The position numbers and the translations under genes are program-made. From Variovorax sp. (GTDB taxonomy: Bacteria; Pseudomonadota; Gammaproteobacteria; Burkholderiales; Burkholderiaceae_C), in NCBI GenBank assembly GCA_004210915.1, contig SEGS01000026.1:4703-68702 (forward strand): a stretch of DNA of 64,000 nucleotides. Direction: 5' to 3'. A model generated the notes under the pieces. It searched no databases, was not told the DNA's origin, and saw nothing but the letters and a program-made list of their open reading frames with translations. Shown one piece after another: positions 19,372 through 30,171 of this stretch. Positions within the stretch are counted from its first letter, which is position 1, and every line of letters starts with the position of its first letter.

Positions 19372-21353
19372 GCGGCGGCCTTCACGGCGGGGAAGCGCTG
19401 GGCTTCCGTGATCTTCAGGTTGGCGCTCACGACGCCGGTGCGGCCGTCCTCGAACTTGACCTGCGTCTCAATGAATTGCTCGGCCTTGCCGCCGTAGAGC
19501 GCGTCCACCAGCACGCTGTATTTCTGCGCGATGAAGCCGCGGCGCACCTTGCGCGTGCGGGTGAGCTCGTCGTCGTCGGGGTCCAGTTCCTTGTGCAACA
19601 CCAGGAAGCGGGCGATCTGCGTGTCGGCCATGCCGTCTTCGGCCGCGAGGTCGGCGTTGACCTTGCCGATGCACTCGGCCACCAGCGCCAGCACTTCCGG
19701 CTTACCGGCCAGGTCGACATAGCCGCCATAGGCCAGCCCGCGCCGCTCGGCCCAGTTGCCCACCGCGTCGAAGTCGATGTTGATGAAGGCGCAGACTTCA
19801 TCGCGCGCATCGCCGAAGCACACCGCTTCCTTGATCTGCGGGAAGAACTTGAGCTTGTTCTCGATGTAGTTGGGCGCGAACATCGCGCCGTGGCCACCGC
19901 CTTGCGAGCTGTTCATGCGGCCCACATCCTTGGCGCGGTCGATGATGCGCAGATGCCCTTCGCTGTCGAGCACGCCGGCATCGCCGGTGTGGAAGTAGCC
20001 CTCGGCATCGAGCACCTCGGCCGTCGCGTCCGGTCGCTTGTAGTACTCCTTGAGCACCGACACGCCGCGCACCAGCACCTCGCCATCGGCCGCGATCTTC
20101 AGCTCGATGCCCGGCGCCGCGGTGCCGACGGTCGACAGCTTGACCTTGCCGTCTTCCTGCAGGCAAACGTAGGCACAGGTTTCGGTCTGGCCATAGAACT
20201 GCTTGAGGTTGACGCCGATCGAGCGATAGAACCGGAACAGGTCCGGCCCGATCGCCGCGCCCGCCGTGTAGGCCACGCGGATGCGGCTCATGCCCAGCAC
20301 GTTGCGCAGCGGTCCGTAGACCAGCGCATTGCCGATCGCGTACATGAAGCGGTCGCCCGCGCCGACCGGCGCACCGTTCAGGATGTCGGCGCCCACGCGC
20401 TGCGCCAGCGCCATGAACTTGCCATAGAGCCAGCGCTTCGGCGCAGCCGCGTCTTCCATGCGGATCGACACGGCCGTCAGCAGCCCTTCGAAGGTGCGCG
20501 GCGGGCCAAAGTAGTAGCTGGGCCCGATCTCGCGCATGTCGTTCATCACCGTCTCGGCCGACTCCGGGCAATTGAGCGTGAAGCCGCCGACCAGCCACTG
20601 CGCCACCGAGAAAAGGTGGTCGCCGACCCAGGCCATCGGGAGGTAACTCATGATGTTGTCGCCGGGGCCGAGCTTGTCGGTGGCGACGCCGCCGTGGCCC
20701 GACGCGATGAAGCTCGCGTGCGTCTGGCACACGCCCTTGGGCCGACCGGTGGTGCCCGAGGTGTAGAGGATCACGCCGACGTCCGTGGTCTCGCCGCTGG
20801 CCACCGCGGCGTCGAAGAAGCCGGGGTTCGCCTGGTCGAACGCGCGACCGCGCTCGCGCAGCTGGTCGTAGCTCAGCAGCCCTGGCTGCTCGTAATGGCG
20901 CAGGCCCTTCGGGTCGTCGTAGATGATGTGGCGGATGCCCGAGGCCTTGCCCGCTTGCAGCTCGCGGCACTCGAGGAGCTTGTCGACCTGCTCCTGGTCT
21001 TCGACCACCACGAACTCGATGCTGGCGTCGTCCAGCATGAAGACCATCTCGCCCGCCACCGCGTCCTGGTACAGCGGCACCGGCACGCCGCGCAGGCTCT
21101 GCGCCGCGATCACCGCCATGTACAGGTGCGGCCGGTTGGCACCGACGATCGCGAGGTTGTCGAAGGCCTTGAAGCCGAGGCTCGCCAGCCCGCAGGCCAG
21201 CTCGCGGACTTCGCGGGCGGTCGCTTCCCAGGTCCAGGTTTGCCAGATGCCGAGGTCTTTCTCGCGCACGGCCGGCGCGGTGGGCTGGCGTTGCGCATGC
21301 GCCGCGAGCAGGCGCGGGAAGGTGTCGGCGGGAAGGGGAGGAAGGGTGGTCAC
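19368..21353 (-). CDS. Long-chain-fatty-acid-CoA ligase family AMP-binding protein
   Basis: YTSGTTGRPKG, FYGQTE, FHTGDAG, IIDRAKD; GTG start estimated. Confidence 0.88.
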   Translation of the reverse strand: MTTLPPLPADTFPRLLAAHAQRQPTAPAVREKDLGIWQTWTWEATAREVRELACGLASLGFKAFDNLAIVGANRPHLYMAVIAAQSLRGVPVPLYQDAVAGEMVFMLDDASIEFVVVEDQEQVDKLLECRELQAGKASGIRHIIYDDPKGLRHYEQPGLLSYDQLRERGRAFDQANPGFFDAAVASGETTDVGVILYTSGTTGRPKGVCQTHASFIASGHGGVATDKLGPGDNIMSYLPMAWVGDHLFSVAQWLVGGFTLNCPESAETVMNDMREIGPSYYFGPPRTFEGLLTAVSIRMEDAAAPKRWLYGKFMALAQRVGADILNGAPVGAGDRFMYAIGNALVYGPLRNVLGMSRIRVAYTAGAAIGPDLFRFYRSIGVNLKQFYGQTETCAYVCLQEDGKVKLSTVGTAAPGIELKIAADGEVLVRGVSVLKEYYKRPDATAEVLDAEGYFHTGDAGVLDSEGHLRIIDRAKDVGRMNSSQGGGHGAMFAPNYIENKLKFFPQIKEAVCFGDARDEVCAFINIDFDAVGNWAERRGLAYGGYVDLAGKPEVLALVAECIGKVNADLAAEDGMADTQIARFLVLHKELDPDDDELTRTRKVRRGFIAQKYSVLVDALYGGKAEQFIETQVKFEDGRTGVVSANLKITEAQRFPAVKAAA

Positions 21354-21388
21354 AGTGGGCGGATCGTAGGCTCGACTTTGACGCCATG

Positions 21389-21406
21389 TTGTCGTTACGA
21401 CGACAA
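21389..21406. promoter_or_regulatory. Perfect inverted repeat TTGTCGT-TACG-ACGACAA, candidate operator of the adjacent Crp/Fnr regulator
   Basis: 7-4-7 palindrome in the divergent intergenic region between the ligase/ABC operon and the Crp-family gene. Confidence 0.6.
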
Positions 21407-21460
21407 TCCTAGGGACACTACCCCCCGGAGTTTCCCGATGAAAAAAGAGGCATTGCGCGC

Positions 21461-22228
21461 ATGACGATCGGCAATCCCAGCGGCAACTCAATCCGTGATC
21501 GGGTGCGGCCCGCGCGCGATGACGAACTCGACAGCATCCCGTGGCTGCGCACGCTCACGCCGCCCGAGCGGCGCCGCGCCGAGGCCGCCGTGGTGGTGGG
21601 CGAGGCCGAGCCCGGGGATCTGGTCTGCCGCATCGGCCGTGCGCCGACCTATTGGTTCGGCGTGGTCGAAGGCCTGCTCAAGATGAGCAACGACAACGCC
21701 GACGGTACGTCGATGACCTACAGCGGCTTGCCGCCCGGCGGCTGGTTCGGCGAAGGCACGGCCATGAAGCGCGAGCCCTACCGCTACAACATCCAGGCGT
21801 TGCGGCGCAGTGTGGTCGCAGGCCTACCGATCGACGAATTCCACTGGCTGCTCGACCATTCGATCGGCTTCAACCGCTTTGTGATGAACCAGCTCAACGA
21901 GCGGCTGGCCCAGTTCATCGCGGCGCGCGAAGCCGACCGCTTGAACAACCCCGATGTGCGGGTGGCGCGCAATCTGGCGGCGCTGTTCAACCCGGTCCTG
22001 TTCCCCGGCGTCGGTCAGGTGCTGCGCATCACGCAGCAGGAGTTGGCGTACCTGGTGGGTCTGTCGCGCCAGCGCGTGAACGAGGCGCTCAACACACTGG
22101 CTGCGCAGGGGTTGATCCGTGTCGACTACGGCGGGGTGCGCGTGCTCGATCTGGCGGGCCTGCGCGCTTCGGCGATTCCGCCGGGGAAGATACCGGCCGA
22201 AACAACCGGCGCTTCACCAGCGCGGTAG
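21461..22228 (+). CDS. Crp/Fnr-family transcriptional regulator
   Basis: cNMP-binding-like PGGWFGEG and C-terminal HTH ITQQELAYLVGLSRQRVNEAL. Confidence 0.92.
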   Translation: MTIGNPSGNSIRDRVRPARDDELDSIPWLRTLTPPERRRAEAAVVVGEAEPGDLVCRIGRAPTYWFGVVEGLLKMSNDNADGTSMTYSGLPPGGWFGEGTAMKREPYRYNIQALRRSVVAGLPIDEFHWLLDHSIGFNRFVMNQLNERLAQFIAAREADRLNNPDVRVARNLAALFNPVLFPGVGQVLRITQQELAYLVGLSRQRVNEALNTLAAQGLIRVDYGGVRVLDLAGLRASAIPPGKIPAETTGASPAR

Positions 22229-22284
22229 CCTTTGCCGCCGAGCGCGCGACCCGACGCCGGATTTTCATTTTCAGGAGACTTCCC

Positions 22285-22764
22285 ATGACCAGCAAGAACA
22301 CGATTTGCCTGTGGTTCGACGGCGACGCGCTCGACGCCGCGCAGTTCTACGCGCGAACCTTCCCCGACAGCGCGGTGGGGGCCGTCTTCCACGCGCCAAG
22401 TGACTACCCGGCCGGCAAGAAGGGCGACGTGCTCACGGTGCTGTTCACCGTGGCGGGCATTCCCTGCATGGGCCTGAACGGCGGCGCGGAGTTCAAGCAC
22501 AGCGAGGCTTTCTCGTTCCAGATCGCCACGGAAGACCAGGCCGAAACCGATCGGCTGTGGAACGCGATCGTCGGCCATGGCGGGCAGGAGAGCGCTTGCG
22601 GATGGTGCAAGGACCGCTGGGGCCTGTCGTGGCAGATCACGCCGCGCGTGCTGACCGAGGCCATTGCCGACCCGGACCCCGAAGTCGCGCGGCGTGCTTT
22701 CGAGGCGATGATGACCATGCGAAAGATCGACGTCGCTGCGATCGAGGCCGCACGGGCGGGTTGA
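22285..22764 (+). CDS. VOC family protein (PhnB / 3-demethylubiquinone-9 methyltransferase-like)
   Basis: CLWFDGDALDAAQFY, LNGG.EFK.SEAFSF, CGWCKDRWGLSWQI, MMTMRKIDVA; SD CAGGAG. Confidence 0.9.
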   Translation: MTSKNTICLWFDGDALDAAQFYARTFPDSAVGAVFHAPSDYPAGKKGDVLTVLFTVAGIPCMGLNGGAEFKHSEAFSFQIATEDQAETDRLWNAIVGHGGQESACGWCKDRWGLSWQITPRVLTEAIADPDPEVARRAFEAMMTMRKIDVAAIEAARAG

Positions 22765-22768
22765 AGCC

Positions 22769-23182
22769 ATGCCACCGATCGACAACCTCCTTGCGCCGGA
22801 CGCCGCCGCCGACGATGCCCTGCAAGCGGCCCGCGCGCAGGTAGAAGCGCTGTCCGCGCAGCTGGAAACGCTCAATGCCGTGCTGGCCCGCCCGCTTGAA
22901 GACATCCTGGCGGACGCCGACAAGGCCCGCGAGGCCGCCGCCGCATGGGATGCCTTCGGCGCCATGTGGGTGCTGTCCCAGCGCGCGATGAAGCGCGTTG
23001 CGGTCGACCTCGCGGCGGCGCAGGGGGTGAGCGAAGAGACCGTCGTCGCGCGCGCCATGGCGCATGCCAACGAGGTGCTGAACGGCGACGGCGTCGATCT
23101 GGGAGGCCTGGTGGCGGAGGCGCAGTTGGCCCACATCGACCGGCATCGCCCCTGGCTGCGCAAGCAGTTCCGCACTGCTTGA
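22769..23182 (+). CDS. Hypothetical alpha-helical protein (137 aa)
   Basis: ORF fills the gap 4 nt after the VOC gene, with GC3-biased codons. Confidence 0.65.
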   Translation: MPPIDNLLAPDAAADDALQAARAQVEALSAQLETLNAVLARPLEDILADADKAREAAAAWDAFGAMWVLSQRAMKRVAVDLAAAQGVSEETVVARAMAHANEVLNGDGVDLGGLVAEAQLAHIDRHRPWLRKQFRTA

Positions 23183-23275
23183 ACCGCGAGGTAAAAGGCC
23201 GGCTGACGGCGCCCCTGCTTGCCTTCGCGTACGCTCCCGATTCCGTTCGCTGAACCCCGACCTCGAAGACCGCGC

Positions 23276-24037
23276 ATGACTGCTTCCCACCTCACCGTTC
23301 TCACTGGCGCCTCGCGCGGCCTTGGCCGCGCCATGGCGCAGCAACTGCTGCAACCCGGCCGCGTGCTGCTGTGCCTTTCGCGCCGCTCCGACCCTTCATT
23401 GGCCGAGGCTGCGCAGGCCGCCGGCGTCGAACTCGTGCAATGGGAGCAGGACCTGGCGCACCCGGTGATTGCTGCGGCCCGGCTGAGCGAGTGGCTCGCC
23501 GCGTTCGATGCGCAACGCTTCGACAGCGCCACGCTGATCAACAACGCCGGCACCATCGGCCGGCCGCGGCCGCTCGCCGAAGCGCTGCCCGATGAGTTGG
23601 CGCAGGCGCTGCGGGTCGGGCTCGAGGCGCCGATGCTGCTGACCGCCGCGTTCCTGGGCGCGACGCGCGATTGGCGCGGCGCGCGCAAGGTGCTCAACAT
23701 CTCGTCGGGCCTCGGGCGCAATGCCATGGGCAGCCAGGCGCCGTACTGCGCGGCCAAGGCGGGCATGGACCATTTCTCGCGCGCCGTGGCGCTGGAAGAG
23801 GCATCGGCGGCCAACGGCGCGCGCATCGTGTCGCTGGCGCCGGGCGTGATCGACACCGACATGCAGGTGGAACTGCGCAGCGTCGATGCCGCGCTGTTCC
23901 CGGACCGCGGCCGCTTCGAACGGCTCAAGGCCGATGGCCAACTCGACAGCCCGGAATCGGCTGCGGCCAAGGTGCTCGGCTATCTGGCGCGTGCCGATTT
24001 CGGCAGCAAGCCCGTGGCCGACGTGCGCGACGTTTGA
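23276..24037 (+). CDS. SDR oxidoreductase (benzil/sepiapterin reductase-like)
   Basis: TGASRGLG, INNAG, NISSG, YCAAKAG, APGVIDTDMQ. Confidence 0.9.
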   Translation: MTASHLTVLTGASRGLGRAMAQQLLQPGRVLLCLSRRSDPSLAEAAQAAGVELVQWEQDLAHPVIAAARLSEWLAAFDAQRFDSATLINNAGTIGRPRPLAEALPDELAQALRVGLEAPMLLTAAFLGATRDWRGARKVLNISSGLGRNAMGSQAPYCAAKAGMDHFSRAVALEEASAANGARIVSLAPGVIDTDMQVELRSVDAALFPDRGRFERLKADGQLDSPESAAAKVLGYLARADFGSKPVADVRDV

Positions 24038-24048
24038 GCGGACCTGCC

Positions 24049-24306
24049 ATGGCCACCGCCCAATCGATCGACACCGGCGAATACAAGCTCTTTCCGTCGC
24101 CGCGCAATGTGCACCGGGTCGTCTTCGAACACCAGGTGTTCCTGCCCTACCCATACATGCTCATCGAGATGGAGAGCTACTACCTCAAGGGCCGCTACAG
24201 CCTGTTCGCGGCCTGCCGCATGGCGGACGGCAAGATGGGCCAGCTCGCGACCTTCGAGCAGGCCGACGACGAGACGAAGTTCAAGTCGAAGTTCGTGCCG
24301 GACTGA
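24049..24306 (+). CDS. Hypothetical protein (85 aa)
   Basis: MATAQSIDTGEYKLFPSPRNVHRVVFEHQ...KFVPD with strong GC3 codon bias, 11 nt after the SDR stop. Confidence 0.7.
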   Translation: MATAQSIDTGEYKLFPSPRNVHRVVFEHQVFLPYPYMLIEMESYYLKGRYSLFAACRMADGKMGQLATFEQADDETKFKSKFVPD

Positions 24307-24339
24307 AGCCGCCGGCCTCTGAGGCGCGGCGGCCCGCGG

Positions 24340-25305
24340 TCATTCGATCGTGGCGCCGGACGCTTTCACGATGTCTTTCCAGAGGTCGTAGTCGGTCTTC
24401 AGCAAGGTGCCGAACTGCTCCGGCGTCATGGCCTGCGGCTCGGCGCCCTGGGCGACGATCGCGGCCTTCATCTCGGGCGTGGCGAGCAGCTTGTTCACCT
24501 CGGCGTTGACGGTCGTGATGATGTCCTTCGGGGTACCGGCGGGCATGAAGAGACCGTACCAGGTCGCCACATCGAAACCCTTGTAGCCCAGTTCGGCCAC
24601 GGTCGGGATGTCGGGTGCCGCGGTGCTGCGCTGGGCCGAAGTCACGGCCAGCGGTCGCAACTTGCCGGCCTTGATCTGGCCCATGGCCGATGGCAGCGAC
24701 GACACCATCAGGTCGACGTTGCCGGCCAGCACGTCCATCATCGCGGGGTTCGAGCCCTTGTAAGGCACGTGGCGCATCTTGATCCTGGCAGCGCTGTTGA
24801 AGATCTCGCCGGCCAGGTGGATTGTGGTGCCGTTGCCGGGTGAGCCGTAGGTCACGCTGTCAGGCGCGGCCTGCGCAGCCTTCACGACATCGGCCAGCGT
24901 CTTGAACTTCGATTCGGTGCGCGTGACGATCACGACGGGCGTGTACGCCACATGCGCGACCGCCGAGAAGTCCTTCGTCGGGTTGTAGCTCAGGTTCTTG
25001 TAGAGCCAAGGCGCCACGACCATGTTGTCTTTCTGACCCATGACCATCTCGTAGCCGGTCGGGGCGGCGCGCGCGGCCTCGGCGATGCCGATCGTGCCGC
25101 CGGCGCCGGCCCGGTTGTCGGGCACCACGGTCCACTTGGTGACTTCGGTGAGCTTGGTGGCCACCAGGCGCGACAGGATGTCGGTGCCGCCGCCAGGCGG
25201 GAAGGGCACGATCAGCCGCACGGACTTGGTCGGGTACGTCTGGGCCTGGGCTCCCGCGGTCACGGCAACCGCAAGCACGGCGAAGGAAAGAAGTTTTCGG
25301 ATCAT
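24340..25305 (-). CDS. Bug/TctC substrate-binding protein
   Basis: Signal peptide; YPTKSVRLIVPFPPGGGTDILSR, GSPGNGTTIHLAGE, HVPYKG. Confidence 0.93.
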   Translation of the reverse strand: MIRKLLSFAVLAVAVTAGAQAQTYPTKSVRLIVPFPPGGGTDILSRLVATKLTEVTKWTVVPDNRAGAGGTIGIAEAARAAPTGYEMVMGQKDNMVVAPWLYKNLSYNPTKDFSAVAHVAYTPVVIVTRTESKFKTLADVVKAAQAAPDSVTYGSPGNGTTIHLAGEIFNSAARIKMRHVPYKGSNPAMMDVLAGNVDLMVSSLPSAMGQIKAGKLRPLAVTSAQRSTAAPDIPTVAELGYKGFDVATWYGLFMPAGTPKDIITTVNAEVNKLLATPEMKAAIVAQGAEPQAMTPEQFGTLLKTDYDLWKDIVKASGATIE

Positions 25306-25405
25306 TGAATGTCTCTGTTGGGCGCGGCCGGAGGCCGCGTTGGATTGCGCGGACCGGCAGTGTGCCGCAAGCCGGAGCTGCCCGTCTTCATTTGCCCCGT
25401 CGACC

Positions 25406-25423
25406 TTTACGACTTTTTGATAC
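25406..25423 (+). promoter_or_regulatory. Candidate KdpE binding site
   Basis: T-rich TTTACGACTTTTTGATAC about 80 nt upstream of the kdp operon, resembling the T-rich E. coli KdpE box as recalled. Confidence 0.45.
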
Positions 25424-25501
25424 GGCGCCCCGCAACCTCTACCCCGTTTTGACGCGCCCGTGTCGAGACTGCCTGCATCGTTTGCATTGCAGGAGAAACG
25501 C

Positions 25502-25606
25502 ATGGATATCGTCTGGATCGCCGCCCTCGCGCTGCTGTGGGTGGCTGTGGCGGAGCTGGTCGTCGGGCTGAACAAGCTCGGGCGGCCGCAAGGAGAGCGG
25601 TCGTGA
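25502..25606 (+). CDS. 34-aa single-TM micro-protein upstream of kdpF
   Basis: SD CAGGAG; [34 protein letters not shown]; stop overlaps the kdpF GTG (GTGA). Confidence 0.7.
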   Translation: MDIVWIAALALLWVAVAELVVGLNKLGRPQGERS

Positions 25607-25701
25607 TCGCGCTTGAAGCCCTCTATGGCGTGGGCGCGCTGATCGCGGTGCTGCTGCTGGCCTATCTCGTCTTCGCGCTGATCTGCGCCGAGGAGTTTTG
25701 A
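25603..25701 (+). CDS. kdpF: K+-transporting ATPase subunit F
   Basis: [32 protein letters not shown], with the YL..AL..AE.F KdpF signature; SD AAGGAG; TGATG overlap with kdpA. Confidence 0.9.
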   Translation: MIALEALYGVGALIAVLLLAYLVFALICAEEF

Positions 25702-27437
25702 TGAACAGCGCTTCCTGGGTCTTGCTGGCCTTGTTCCTCGCGCTGCTCGGCCTGTTCGCCTGGCCGCTGGGCCGCTGGATCGCGGCGCTGTGCGACGGCC
25801 GCCTGCCACGCTGGATGCTGCGTGTCGAGACACCGCTGTTCCGCCTGGCCGGCGTGCAACCCGACGCCTCGATGGGCTGGCGCGGCTATGCGATGGCGCT
25901 GCTGGCGTTCAACGCACTCGGAGCCCTGGTGCTGTACGGCCTGCAGCGGCTGCAGGGCGCGTTGCCGCTCAACCCGACGGGCATGGGCGCGGTCTCGCCC
26001 GACTCTGCCTTCAACACCGCCGTGAGCTTCGTGGCCAACACCAATTGGCAGGGCTATGCCGGCGAAAGCACCATGAGCCATCTCACCCAGATGCTGGGCC
26101 TCTCGGTGCAGAACTTTCTTTCTGCGGCCACCGGCATCGCGGTGGCCTTTGCCCTGGCACGCGGCTTCGCGCCCCGCGGCCGGCGTACGCCGGACGAGCC
26201 TGCCGGGCGCATCGGCAACCTGTGGTCCGATCTGGTTCGCATCACTTTGTGGCTCCTGCTGCCACTGGCCTTCGTGATCGCCCTGCTGCTGGCAGGTCAG
26301 GGTGTGGTGCAGAGCTTCGCGCCCTCGATCACCGTCGCGCCGCTCGAAACACTGAACGCCGCCACCCAGACCATCACCACCGGACCGGTCGCGTCGCAGG
26401 AGGCGATCAAGATGCTGGGCACCAACGGTGGTGGCTTCTTCAACGCAAATTCCGCGCACCCGTTCGAGAATCCCACGGCGCTGAGCAACCTGGTGCAAAT
26501 GCTGGCGATCTTCCTGATCCCCGCCGCGCTGTGCTTCGCATTCGGCCGCGTGGTTGGCGACACCCGCCAGGGCTGGGCGCTGCTGGCCGCGATGACGGTG
26601 ATGTTCGTGGTCGCCGTCGTGGCGCTGACCGGCGCCGAGGCAGCGGGCAACCCGATCCTCGCGGCGCTGGGTGTGGATCAGGCGGCCAGCGCATGGCAGG
26701 CGGGCGGCAACATGGAAGGCAAGGAGCTGCGTTTCGGCATCGGCGCCTCGTCGCTGTTCGCCGTCATCACGACCGCGGCCTCGTGCGGTGCGGTCAACGC
26801 GATGCACGACGCCTTCACACCGCTGGGCGGCATGGTGCCGATGGTGCTGATGCAACTGGGCGAAGTGGTGTTCGGCGGCGTCGGCGCGGGGCTCTACGGC
26901 ATGCTGGTGTTCGCCATCCTCGCGGTGTTCATCGCGGGTCTGATGATCGGCCGCACGCCCGAGTACCTCGGCAAGAAGATCGAAGTGCAGGAGATGAAGC
27001 TGGTCTCCATCGCGATCCTGGTCACGCCGCTGCTGGTGCTGCTGGGCACGGCCGTGGCGGTCAGCACCGGTGCAGGTCGCGCCGGCATCGCGAATCCCGG
27101 CGCCCATGGCTTCTCGGAAGTGCTCTATGCGCTCAGTTCGGCTGCCAACAACAACGGCAGTGCCTTCGCCGGCCTTTCGGCCAACACACCGTTCTACAAC
27201 GCGCTGCTGGCGGTGGCGATGTGGCTGGGCCGCTTCGGCGTGATCGTGCCGGTGCTGGCCATCGCCGGCGCGCTGGCCGCCAAGAAGCGGCTGCCCGTGA
27301 CCGCCGGCACGCTGCCCACGCACGGCCCGCTGTTCGTCGGCCTGCTGATCGGCACGGTGTTGCTGGTCGGCTTGCTCAACTACGTGCCGGCGCTCGCGCT
27401 CGGCCCCGTGGTCGAGCACCTGATTCTCTGGAAGTGA
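25701..27437 (+). CDS. kdpA: K+-transporting ATPase subunit A
   Basis: [61 protein letters not shown]. Confidence 0.97.
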   Translation: MNSASWVLLALFLALLGLFAWPLGRWIAALCDGRLPRWMLRVETPLFRLAGVQPDASMGWRGYAMALLAFNALGALVLYGLQRLQGALPLNPTGMGAVSPDSAFNTAVSFVANTNWQGYAGESTMSHLTQMLGLSVQNFLSAATGIAVAFALARGFAPRGRRTPDEPAGRIGNLWSDLVRITLWLLLPLAFVIALLLAGQGVVQSFAPSITVAPLETLNAATQTITTGPVASQEAIKMLGTNGGGFFNANSAHPFENPTALSNLVQMLAIFLIPAALCFAFGRVVGDTRQGWALLAAMTVMFVVAVVALTGAEAAGNPILAALGVDQAASAWQAGGNMEGKELRFGIGASSLFAVITTAASCGAVNAMHDAFTPLGGMVPMVLMQLGEVVFGGVGAGLYGMLVFAILAVFIAGLMIGRTPEYLGKKIEVQEMKLVSIAILVTPLLVLLGTAVAVSTGAGRAGIANPGAHGFSEVLYALSSAANNNGSAFAGLSANTPFYNALLAVAMWLGRFGVIVPVLAIAGALAAKKRLPVTAGTLPTHGPLFVGLLIGTVLLVGLLNYVPALALGPVVEHLILWK

Positions 27438-27445
27438 GGTCCACC

Positions 27446-29542
27446 ATGACCGACAGGAAGCAAACCTTTTCCCTCCTCGACGGCGCGCTGGTGCGGCCCG
27501 CGCTGGCCGGCGCATTCGCCAAGCTGAGCCCGCGCGTGCAATGGCGCAACCCGGTGATGTTCGTGGTCTACATCGGCAGCGTGGTCACCACGCTGCTGTG
27601 GGTGCACACGCTGAGCTATCCGGGTGACACCGACATGGCTCCGGCCTTCGTGTTCTCGGTGGCGATCTGGCTCTGGTTCACCGTGCTGTTCGCGAACTTC
27701 GCCGAGGCGCTGGCCGAAGGCCGCAGCAAGGCGCAGGCGGCCTCGCTGCGTGGCCTGCGCAAGGACACCTGGGCCAAGAAGCTGAAGGAGCCGCGCCATG
27801 GTTCCGCCTTCCTCCCCGAGCAGGCGCCGAACCTGCGCAAGGGCGACGTCGTGCTGGTCGAAGCCGGCGACGTGATCCCGCTCGATGGCGAGGTGATCGA
27901 AGGCGTGGCATCGGTCGACGAAAGCGCCATCACCGGCGAATCGGCGCCCGTGGTGCGCGAGTCCGGCGGCGACTTCTCGGCCGTGACCGGCGGCACCCGC
28001 GTGCTGTCCGACTGGCTGGTGGTGCGCATCAGTGTGAACCCGGGCGAGTCCTTCCTCGACCGCATGATCGGCATGGTCGAAGCGGCCCGGCGCAGCAAGA
28101 CGCCCAACGAGGTCGCGCTCACCATCCTGCTGGTGGCGCTGACCATCGTGTTCCTCATCGTCACCGTCACGCTGCTGCCGTTCTCGCTGTTCAGCGTGCA
28201 GGCGGCGGGCGCGGGCACCGTGGTGTCGCTGACCGCGCTCGTGGCGCTGCTGGTCTGCCTCATTCCCACCACCATCGGCGGCCTGCTGTCGGCCGTCGGC
28301 GTCGCCGGCATGAGCCGGATGATGCAGGCCAACGTGATCGCCACCTCGGGCCGCGCGGTCGAGGCAGCGGGCGACGTCGACGTGCTGCTGCTCGACAAGA
28401 CCGGCACCATCACGCATGGCAACCGCCAGGCCTCGGCCTTCCTGCCGGCGCCGGGTGTCGACAAGGCCCGTCTCGCGCAGGCCGCACAACTTGCGTCGCT
28501 GGCCGATGAAACGCCCGAAGGCCGCAGCATCGTTGCGCTGGCGCGGCGCGATGGCGTTGCGTCGACGGCGGCGGAGGGCACCGTCTTCGTGCCCTTCACC
28601 GCCCAGACCCGCATGAGTGGCGTCGATTTGCCTGCTGCCGCATCCGATCGGGGCGGCGAGCCCGCCGCGCTGCGCAAGGGCGCGGTCGAAGCCGTCCGTC
28701 GCCACGTCGAGGCGCTGGGCGGCCACCTGCCGGCCGAGCTGGTGCGCACCGCCGACGATGTGGCGCGGCGCGGCAGCACGCCGCTGGCGGTGGCTGAAGG
28801 CGCGCGCGTGCTGGGCATCGTCGAACTGAAAGACATCGTCAAGACCGGCATCAAGGAGCGCTTCGCCGAGCTGCGTCGCATGGGCATCCGCACCGTGATG
28901 ATCACGGGCGACAACAAGCTCACCGCCGCCGCCATCGCCGCCGAAGCCGGCGTCGATGACTTCCTCGCCGAAGCCACGCCCGAAGACAAGCTGGCGCTGA
29001 TCCGCCAGTACCAGGCCGATGGCCGCCTCGTCGCGATGACCGGCGACGGCACGAACGACGCGCCCGCGCTGGCCCAGGCCGACGTGGCGGTGGCGATGGG
29101 CAGCGGCACGCAGGCTGCCAAGGAGGCCGGCAACATGGTCGACCTCGACTCCAACCCGACCAAGCTGCTCGAAGTGGTCGAGACCGGCAAGGCGCTGTTG
29201 ATGACGCGCGGCTCGCTCACCACCTTCAGCATCGCGAACGACGTGGCGAAGTACTTCGCGATCATTCCGGCGATCTTCGTGAGCACCTACCCGCAGCTGG
29301 GGGCGCTGAACGTGATGCGGCTGGAGAGCCCGCAGTCGGCGATCCTGAGCGCGGTCATCTTCAACGCGCTCGTCATCGTGTGCCTGATTCCGCTGGCGCT
29401 TAAGGGTGTGCGCTACCGCCCGGTCGGTGCCGCCGCGCTGCTGCGCCGCAACCTGGCCGTCTTTGGCCTCGGCGGCCTCGTGGTGCCCTTCGTCGGCATC
29501 AAGCTCATCGACCTGCTGCTCGCCGCGGTGGGCCTCGTCTGA
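27446..29542 (+). CDS. kdpB: K+-transporting P-type ATPase subunit B
   Basis: [23 protein letters not shown] phosphorylation site, [22 protein letters not shown]. Confidence 0.97.
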   Translation: MTDRKQTFSLLDGALVRPALAGAFAKLSPRVQWRNPVMFVVYIGSVVTTLLWVHTLSYPGDTDMAPAFVFSVAIWLWFTVLFANFAEALAEGRSKAQAASLRGLRKDTWAKKLKEPRHGSAFLPEQAPNLRKGDVVLVEAGDVIPLDGEVIEGVASVDESAITGESAPVVRESGGDFSAVTGGTRVLSDWLVVRISVNPGESFLDRMIGMVEAARRSKTPNEVALTILLVALTIVFLIVTVTLLPFSLFSVQAAGAGTVVSLTALVALLVCLIPTTIGGLLSAVGVAGMSRMMQANVIATSGRAVEAAGDVDVLLLDKTGTITHGNRQASAFLPAPGVDKARLAQAAQLASLADETPEGRSIVALARRDGVASTAAEGTVFVPFTAQTRMSGVDLPAAASDRGGEPAALRKGAVEAVRRHVEALGGHLPAELVRTADDVARRGSTPLAVAEGARVLGIVELKDIVKTGIKERFAELRRMGIRTVMITGDNKLTAAAIAAEAGVDDFLAEATPEDKLALIRQYQADGRLVAMTGDGTNDAPALAQADVAVAMGSGTQAAKEAGNMVDLDSNPTKLLEVVETGKALLMTRGSLTTFSIANDVAKYFAIIPAIFVSTYPQLGALNVMRLESPQSAILSAVIFNALVIVCLIPLALKGVRYRPVGAAALLRRNLAVFGLGGLVVPFVGIKLIDLLLAAVGLV

Positions 29543-29553
29543 AAGGAATCGTC

Positions 29554-30159
29554 ATGACAAACATCGTCTCCCGCATCGTGCGCCCTGCGCTCGTCATCTT
29601 CGTGCTGCTGAGCGCGATCACCGGCATCGCCTACCCCCTGGCCGTCACGGGGGTGGCGCAGGCGGTCTTTCCGCAGCAGGCCGGAGGCAGTCTCGTGATG
29701 AAGGACGGCAAGGCGCTCGGCTCGTCGCTTATCGGCCAGAACTTCAGCGACCCGCGCCACTTCTGGGGCCGGCCATCCGCCACCGCGCCGATGCCCTACA
29801 ACGCAGCGGCATCCGGCGGCGCCAACCAGGGACCTACGAATCCGGCGCTGGCGGACGCGGTGAAGGCGCGCATCGAGGCTTTGCGCGCCGCCGACCCCGG
29901 CAACAGCGCGCCGGTGCCGGTCGATCTGGTGACCACGTCGGCCAGCGGGCTCGACCCGCACATCAGCCCTGCGGCGGCGCGCTACCAACTCGAGCGCGTG
30001 GCGAAGGCGCGTGGGCTGCCGAAGGCGCACGTCGAAGCGCTGCTCGACCACCACACCGAAGCGCCGCTGCTAGGCCTGCTCGGCGAAGCGCGCGTCAACG
30101 TGCTGGCACTGAACCTCGCGCTGGATCAGGGCGATCGATCCCGGTCGCCCTTGCGCTAA
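29554..30159 (+). CDS. kdpC: K+-transporting ATPase subunit C
   Basis: [61 protein letters not shown]. Confidence 0.96.
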   Translation: MTNIVSRIVRPALVIFVLLSAITGIAYPLAVTGVAQAVFPQQAGGSLVMKDGKALGSSLIGQNFSDPRHFWGRPSATAPMPYNAAASGGANQGPTNPALADAVKARIEALRAADPGNSAPVPVDLVTTSASGLDPHISPAAARYQLERVAKARGLPKAHVEALLDHHTEAPLLGLLGEARVNVLALNLALDQGDRSRSPLR

Positions 30160-30171
30160 CCTGCCGCACCG

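Noticed and set aside
24309-24334. GC-rich hairpin resembling the one at 10809-10835, as a possible REP family
   Set aside because: Similarity limited to GCCGCC/GCGGC ends; better explained as terminators between convergent genes
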